From: Anaerolineae bacterium
GTDB taxonomy: Bacteria > Chloroflexota > Anaerolineae > Epilineales > JAANWY01
NCBI GenBank assembly: GCA_046753605.1
Contig: JBHHTZ010000021.1
Coordinates: 1-17,314 of the forward strand
Length of the DNA: 17,314 nt
Direction: 5' to 3'
Notes under the pieces: model-generated
Told to the model about the DNA's origin: nothing
Database searches by the model: none
The model's input: the letters and a program-made list of their open reading frames with translations, nothing else
Program-made: the position numbers and the translations under genes
Shown: piece by piece, positions 14,015 to 17,314 of the stretch
How positions within the stretch are numbered: the stretch's first letter is position 1
Layout of the letters: each line of letters opens with the position of its first letter

Positions 14015-14878
14015 CTACTCCGTGATTAGAAGGTTTCGTTTGCGATACGCCGTGTCGACCCGCCGCAGGGCATCCATGCTCTGCTCCGGCACCCGATACG
14101 AGAGAGCGGCAATGAGCACGTTGATGAGCGCGATGGTCGCCGTCGGTGATAGGCTATGCGTGACTCCATCCGTAGCCACCTCGAAAGCATAGTCCGCTGC
14201 CTGTGCCAGCGGTGAGACGACGCTGTCGGTGATCGCCACGACCGGTGCTCCCTGTTGACGAGCTGCGTACACCGCCTCCACTGTGGAACGTACGTAGCGC
14301 CACAGATCGATAGCAATCAGGAGCGTATCCACACCGAGTTGTGCTGTGTCCACAGCCAAGGAAAGCCCACCGTCCAGGGCTGCCCGCGCATCGAAGCCAA
14401 TGACCTTCAGTGAGTGGGCCAAGAACAGCGCCGGCACTGTGGAGAGCCCCGAACCAACGACAAGGATATGGTCCGCACGCACGATCTCTTCCAGGACAGC
14501 ATCAAGCTGCTGCGCAGACAGTCTGCTGGCTGTGCGTTGAAGATTGGTGATGTCGGTGTGAAAGACCTGTTGGGGAATGTCATCTGCGGCCGGAGGTGTG
14601 GTCAACCGCTCTTGCATGCGCTCGACGGTAGTCAGATAACTGGGGAGTTCCTCACGGATCGTAGCCTGGAGTTCAGAGAAACCCTCGTACCCCAAGCCCT
14701 GAGCAAAGCGAACCACGGTGGCAGCGCTGGCATCGACCTTGTCCCCCACCTCGCCGGCTGACGCAAAGGACACGAAGTACTTGTTTTCCAGAACGAAGCG
14801 CGCCAGCCGTCTCTGCTTACCACTGAATCCATCGAGGGATGCCCTGATCCGTTCTTCTAAGGTGTCTGTCGAACCCAT
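14015..14878 (-). CDS. MurR/RpiR-family transcriptional regulator (HTH_6 + SIS domain)
   Basis: 287 aa. N-terminal HTH: RRLARFVLENKYFVSFASAGEVGDKVDASAATVVRFAQGLGYEGFSELQ. SIS sugar-isomerase-type domain: ILVVGSGLSTVPALFLAHSL .. LLIAIDLWRYVRSTVEAV .. GAPVVAITDS. SD CAGGAGGA precedes the ATG. Confidence 0.9.
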   Translation of the reverse strand: MGSTDTLEERIRASLDGFSGKQRRLARFVLENKYFVSFASAGEVGDKVDASAATVVRFAQGLGYEGFSELQATIREELPSYLTTVERMQERLTTPPAADDIPQQVFHTDITNLQRTASRLSAQQLDAVLEEIVRADHILVVGSGLSTVPALFLAHSLKVIGFDARAALDGGLSLAVDTAQLGVDTLLIAIDLWRYVRSTVEAVYAARQQGAPVVAITDSVVSPLAQAADYAFEVATDGVTHSLSPTATIALINVLIAALSYRVPEQSMDALRRVDTAYRKRNLLITE

Positions 14879-14914
14879 AGCAGTCCTCCTGAAGGCAATT
14901 CGTTGGCCGGGCCT

Positions 14915-14943
14915 ATTATATCACAGGCCGCCGAGAATTGCAA
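14915..14943 (-). promoter_or_regulatory. Sigma-70-type promoter of the rpiR-led operon: -35 TTGCAA (14943..14938), 17-nt spacer, -10 TATAAT (14920..14915)
   Basis: The minus strand reads TTGCAAttctcggcggcctgtgaTATAAT. The -10 is about 37 nt upstream of the rpiR-like ATG (14878). Confidence 0.65.
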
Positions 14944-14946
14944 CTA

Positions 14947-14955
14947 GTATTGCGT
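14947..14955. promoter_or_regulatory. GTATTGCGT motif copy abutting the -35 of the rpiR promoter
   Basis: Exact 9-mer, 3 nt upstream of the -35 hexamer on the coding strand (ACGCAATACtagTTGCAA). Confidence 0.4.
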
Positions 14956-15150
14956 TAGGTCAGATAGATGGAACAATCGTTGCACAAAAGAAGCGTGGCT
15001 GTAGGATTTCGCACGCGCAAGAAGGATGTCTCGTTCGAAGAGGAGCGACGCAAAGCGAAGGCGTGGTCAAAGAGCACAAGGCCGAGAGCTCCGTCATCGA
15101 CCGAGAGCAGGTGGTGGGGGTAGATCGAGACAGCCTACAGCGGGACGCCG

Positions 15151-15190
15151 CCCTTCGTCAACCCTTCGGACCGAGGGGCTCATCAGGACG
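15151..15190 (+). repeat. Degenerate copy of the repeat family (intergenic)
   Basis: cccttcgtcaacccttcggaccgaggggctcatcaggacg shares both termini with the type-1 core (cccttcgNcaa ... catcaggacg). The interior is diverged and shorter. Confidence 0.4.
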
Positions 15191-15194
15191 GGGC

Positions 15195-15395
15195 TTAAGT
15201 CGTTCGCCGGCGCAGGACCTGGAGCTGGTGGGCGCGCTGGACGTATTGCTGCATGACGTCGTCGATCTCGTGGCCCAGGCGACGTCCTGAGGTCCCTCCC
15301 GAGCATGACGAGGGGCTTGTCGAAGGGTTGGCCAGACGCTTGTCCCACCGGGCGCGAGGGATGTCTTCGGCGAACAGGGAGAGTTGTTGGGTCAT
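15195..15395 (-). CDS. Small hypothetical ORF (66 aa) downstream of fic, largely built around a repeat copy
   Basis: ATG at 15395 with SD GAGGAGAA, 25 nt after the Fic stop. MTQQLSLFAEDIPRARWDKRLA-NPSTSPSSCSGGTSGRRLG-HEIDDVMQQYVQRAHQLQVLRRRTT. The central third is translation of the repeat at 15275-15327. It may be a remnant rather than a functional gene. Confidence 0.3.
   Translation of the reverse strand: MTQQLSLFAEDIPRARWDKRLANPSTSPSSCSGGTSGRRLGHEIDDVMQQYVQRAHQLQVLRRRTT
15275..15327 (-). repeat. Type-2 (long variant) copy of the repeat family
   Basis: Minus strand: cccttcgacaag-cccctcgtcatgctcgggaggga-cctcaggacgtcgcctgg. The ends are shared with the short copy at 76-104, and the interior is shared with 12664-12706. 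Confidence 0.7.
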
Positions 15396-15420
15396 TGGGC
15401 TTTCTCCTCGGCTTTGCCCC

Positions 15421-16359
15421 TCACGACAGTTTGCCAACCGAACGCAGGTACGCCTCCACTGCCCGCCGGGTGGTGACCCAGTTGCGCCCCCGTTTGATGG
15501 CCTCCAGCCGGCCCTTGCGCGCCAGCAGGCTGAGGTATTCCTGGCTATAGGGCGTACCTTTGGCCGCTTCTGCAAGCGGAATGTACTCGCCCTCAGCCGC
15601 CGGCGGCCCCTCCTGGGGAGTCAATGCCTCCAGGTAGACGGTCAGCGCATGTTCCACGGCCCGTCCCACGAAGTTGATCAGGGGAGCCAGGTTTCCAGCG
15701 TCGGCCTTAGCCAGCGCGCTGTAGTAGCTGCGGCGGTCCACCTTGCGGATGACTGTCGGAGGGTAGCCGTCCTGCATGAGGAGCAGGTTCATGACCAGGC
15801 GCGCCGTGCGGCCGTTGCCGTCGATGAAGGGGTGAATGTAGACCAACCGATGATGCGCTTCGGATGCGCGCTGCACCGGATGCAGCAACCGGGCATCGGT
15901 GGCCAACCATTCCGCGAACCCTTGCATGAGATGGGGCACATCCCAGGGCTCGGGGGGCCGATGATTCGCACCTCCGATGCGCACAGGCAATTTGCGGTAC
16001 TGGCCGGCCTCTGCATCGTCTATCTTAGCCAGCACCAGGGCATGGATCTGACGGACGGTGTGCGCAGTGATGGGTTCCCCTTTCCGGGCCAGGTCTTCGA
16101 CAAAGTCGATAGCCTCTTTGTGGTTGAGCACCTCGAAGTGTTCGCGCAGGGACTTGCCGGCGATGGTCAGACCAGTCTCCAGCACCAACCGAGTTTCCTT
16201 GAGGGTCAGCGTATTGCCCTCGATGGCGTTGGAATTGTAGATCCACTCCAGGGTGATGCGCTCCCAGAGCCGGGTGAGAGCGGCTCTGGGCAAGGGACGC
16301 AGAGCGTCCAGTTGTGCCTTTTTGGTTTCGATGCGCGCCTTCAGGCGTGGGTCAAGCAC
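15421..16359 (-). CDS. Fic-family protein (AMPylase-type) with N-terminal inhibitory helix and C-terminal helix-turn-helix
   Basis: 312 aa. Fic motif HPFIDGNGRTAR (15834..15799). N-terminal (S/T)xxxE(G/N) inhibitory motif SNAIEGN (class II arrangement). The C-terminus IPLAEAAKGTPYSQEYLSLLARKGRLEAIKRGRNWVTTRRAVEAYL looks like an excisionase/MerR-type HTH. GTG start. Confidence 0.9.
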   Translation of the reverse strand: MLDPRLKARIETKKAQLDALRPLPRAALTRLWERITLEWIYNSNAIEGNTLTLKETRLVLETGLTIAGKSLREHFEVLNHKEAIDFVEDLARKGEPITAHTVRQIHALVLAKIDDAEAGQYRKLPVRIGGANHRPPEPWDVPHLMQGFAEWLATDARLLHPVQRASEAHHRLVYIHPFIDGNGRTARLVMNLLLMQDGYPPTVIRKVDRRSYYSALAKADAGNLAPLINFVGRAVEHALTVYLEALTPQEGPPAAEGEYIPLAEAAKGTPYSQEYLSLLARKGRLEAIKRGRNWVTTRRAVEAYLRSVGKLS

Positions 16360-16375
16360 AGGAAGCCCCCTGTCA

Positions 16376-16423
16376 GTATCGGATAGCTGTCGATATTATA
16401 CATCCGATACCGACAAGAAGCAA
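16376..16423 (-). promoter_or_regulatory. Candidate fic promoter (-35 TTGCTT 16423..16418, 17-nt spacer, -10 TATAAT 16400..16395) bracketed by a 9-bp inverted repeat
   Basis: The minus strand reads TTGCTTcttgtcggtatcggatgTATAAT. The perfect inverted repeat gtatcggat (16376-16384) / atccgatac (16402-16410) flanks the -10, an operator-like geometry. Confidence 0.5.
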
Positions 16424-16590
16424 GCAGCGGCCGACGAAAGAAGGCGATGGGCGTGGCTCGGTCGCAGAGCAAGGGCTGTGCCGCCGGCCAGGTAGAACGG
16501 GCGCAAAAGAGACACCTGCCCCAAGGTAGTCAGCAAATCTCGCGCTTCCACCGTTACAGCCCCCCAATGCGGCGTGGTCAATGGGGCCAT
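16396..16590 (-). pseudogene. N-terminal remnant of an AbiEii/AbiGii-type nucleotidyltransferase toxin gene
   Basis: 64-aa ORF: MAPLTTPHWGAVTVEARDLLTTLGQVSLLRPFYLAGGTALALRPSHAHRLLS... This matches the N-terminal signature of that family (..L..L.....L..F.LvGGTALAL..GHR.S.DlDfF). It degenerates after GGTALAL and stops after 64 codons, where full-length members are 250-300 aa. Its 3' end is overlapped by the fic promoter. Confidence 0.4.
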
Positions 16591-16758
16591 ATCCGCTCTC
16601 CATGACGATAGTCAGTGATCCCAAAGAAGCACAGCCAATACTTGAGCCGTTGCCTGGGCAGGCAGCGCCAGCCGGCCCGGCGCACCCATTCGGCCAGCCG
16701 ATTTGCCCCACGAAGCGCGGCGCCCACCCTGGGGCCTCCTCCGCTCCCCCGACGTCGA

Positions 16759-17034
16759 TCACGCTCGTCCTGATGGTTCGACAGGCTCACCACGGCGGCT
16801 TGTCGAAGGGATGGCTCCACGTCTCTCTGCCTGGTATCCCCGCCAGGAGGCCGCAGCCGCCAACTCCCAGTTGGCCAGGATGAACTCGGTGTGACTCTCG
16901 ACGCTCTCGCGCCCGGAGGGGAGGTTCTGCTTCTTGAACTTGCGGTCGTGGGCGCGGACAAACGAACCCCGCCATCTCCGCCGGCGTCGGCGTTTCTTGT
17001 TAGTCATCGTCCGCTGCCATGCCTGCGCCGGCAC
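16759..17034 (-). CDS. Hypothetical very basic small protein; C-terminus replaced by repeat copy C (possibly disrupted gene)
   Basis: Sequence (MPAQAWQRT)MTNKKRRRRRRWRGSFVRAHDRKFKKQNLPSGRESVESHTEFILANWEL..., ending in the repeat-derived IPSTSRRGEPVEPSGRA*. The alternative ATG at 17007 overlaps the upstream ORF stop (ATGACTAA). No family is recognised. Confidence 0.3.
   Translation of the reverse strand: MPAQAWQRTMTNKKRRRRRRWRGSFVRAHDRKFKKQNLPSGRESVESHTEFILANWELAAAASWRGYQAERRGAIPSTSRRGEPVEPSGRA
16766..16810 (-). repeat. Dispersed palindromic repeat, copy C (inverted orientation)
   Basis: The reverse complement of 16769-16810 is 42/42 identical to copies A and B, and the match to copy A extends to 45 nt. 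It supplies the last 17 codons and the stop context of ORF 16759..17034. Confidence 0.9.
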
Positions 17035-17158
17035 TGGTGTCGGCCAGCTCCACCGCTGCCTCGGCCAGGGCCTTGATCACGTCGTTGATCTCGTGGACGT
17101 AGACCGCGATGCCCTCAGGACATTCCTCGTCGATCTCCGCCGCCCGACTGCGCAGCAC
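17000..17158 (-). CDS. Hypothetical small acidic ORF (start uncertain; frame is open to the window edge)
   Basis: ..PLLVLRSRAAEIDEECPEGIAVYVHEINDVIKALAEAAVELADTSAGAGMAADDD*. The stop TAA at 17002..17000 overlaps the next ORF's ATG. The GTG at 17158 is one candidate start. This may instead be the frameshifted continuation of the ORF ending at 17197. Confidence 0.3.
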   Translation of the reverse strand: MLRSRAAEIDEECPEGIAVYVHEINDVIKALAEAAVELADTSAGAGMAADDD

Positions 17159-17196
17159 CAGAAGGGGCTGCTCACCGACCGGAGCCGGGTAGAGCT

Positions 17197-17313
17197 CTAT
17201 AGCTCGTGATCCCTGGGGCCTACGCTGCCCTGGGCGTCGCCGCGTTTGATGAGGGCATTGAGGGCTCCCAGGAGTTCGATGGTTGTGTGCCCCAGTTGCT
17301 CGTATTGTTTCCG
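17197..17313 (-). CDS. C-terminal 38 codons of an unidentified protein entering from the right edge
   Basis: Absent from the ORF track because its start lies outside the window. ..RKQYEQLGHTTIELLGALNALIKRGDAQGSVGPRDHEL*, with TAG at 17199..17197. The composition is protein-like. No family is recognised. Confidence 0.35.
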   Translation of the reverse strand, partial: RKQYEQLGHTTIELLGALNALIKRGDAQGSVGPRDHEL

Positions 17314-17314
17314 A

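Noticed and set aside
14863-14878. The rpiR start region atgggttcgacagac resembles the repeat arm gatggttcgacaggc
   Set aside because: Only about 10-11 contiguous nt match, and the rest of the element is absent. This is most simply coincidence within the first codons (MGSTD) of a well-supported gene.
14960-15194. Coding potential between the rpiR promoter and the small ORF downstream of fic (ORFs 14718..15290 +, 15026..15256 +, 15094..15348 -)
   Set aside because: All three are Arg/Gly/Pro-rich or read through a degenerate repeat copy, and none has an SD or recognisable motif. The region is left unannotated.
6837-16810. Whether the identical 42-nt repeats constitute a CRISPR array
   Set aside because: The copies are kilobases apart, in both orientations, with no regular spacer periodicity and no cas genes. 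They are dispersed REP/MITE-like elements.
16373-16961. 129-aa and 127-aa minus-strand ORFs between the basic small ORF and fic
   Set aside because: Their composition is Gly/Arg/Pro/Cys-rich, with no motifs and no SD. They overlap the AbiEii-like fragment in other frames and read through repeat copy C. The region looks like decayed DNA.

Overview
High-GC bacterial window with almost everything coded on the minus strand. Cheo-type SOS box and 'FDK/STGSP'-type palindromic repeats suggest Chloroflexota-like, but this is not provable here.

The core (997-14943) is one co-directional locus:
- an RpiR/MurR regulator
- an opine (octopine/nopaline-type) dehydrogenase
- a 1268-aa ORF that by eye fuses all three glutamate-mutase components: a B12-binding S-like domain, a GlmE-like TIM barrel and a GlmL/MutL reactivase-like ASKHA domain
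- a family-5 peptide/opine/nickel lipoprotein SBP, two permeases, an embedded 74-aa ORF and two Opp-type ATPases
- a C45 (acyl-CoA:6-APA acyltransferase-like) Ntn hydrolase, translationally coupled to the last ATPase

I could not match this gene combination to a described pathway, and it is the main candidate for something new.

Left edge: a partial RecA-fold (ImuA/RecA-like) gene that is missing from the ORF track. It sits behind a textbook TTGACA-18-TATAAT promoter with a GAAC-N4-GTTC SOS box in the spacer. A truncated acetamidase-like ORF is divergent from it.

Right side: a decayed accessory patch with a class-II Fic protein carrying a C-terminal HTH, an AbiEii-like N-terminal remnant, and small overlapping ORFs.

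A family of 30-55 nt palindromic repeats is scattered through the window, with three perfect 42-nt cores plus at least four diverged or short copies. Several copies lie in-frame inside coding sequences: the mutase fusion (twice), the RecA-like gene and two small ORFs.

A 9-mer (GTATTGCGT) recurs in three non-coding junctions of the locus and is a candidate operator.

All domain calls are by-eye motif recognition. No searches were run.
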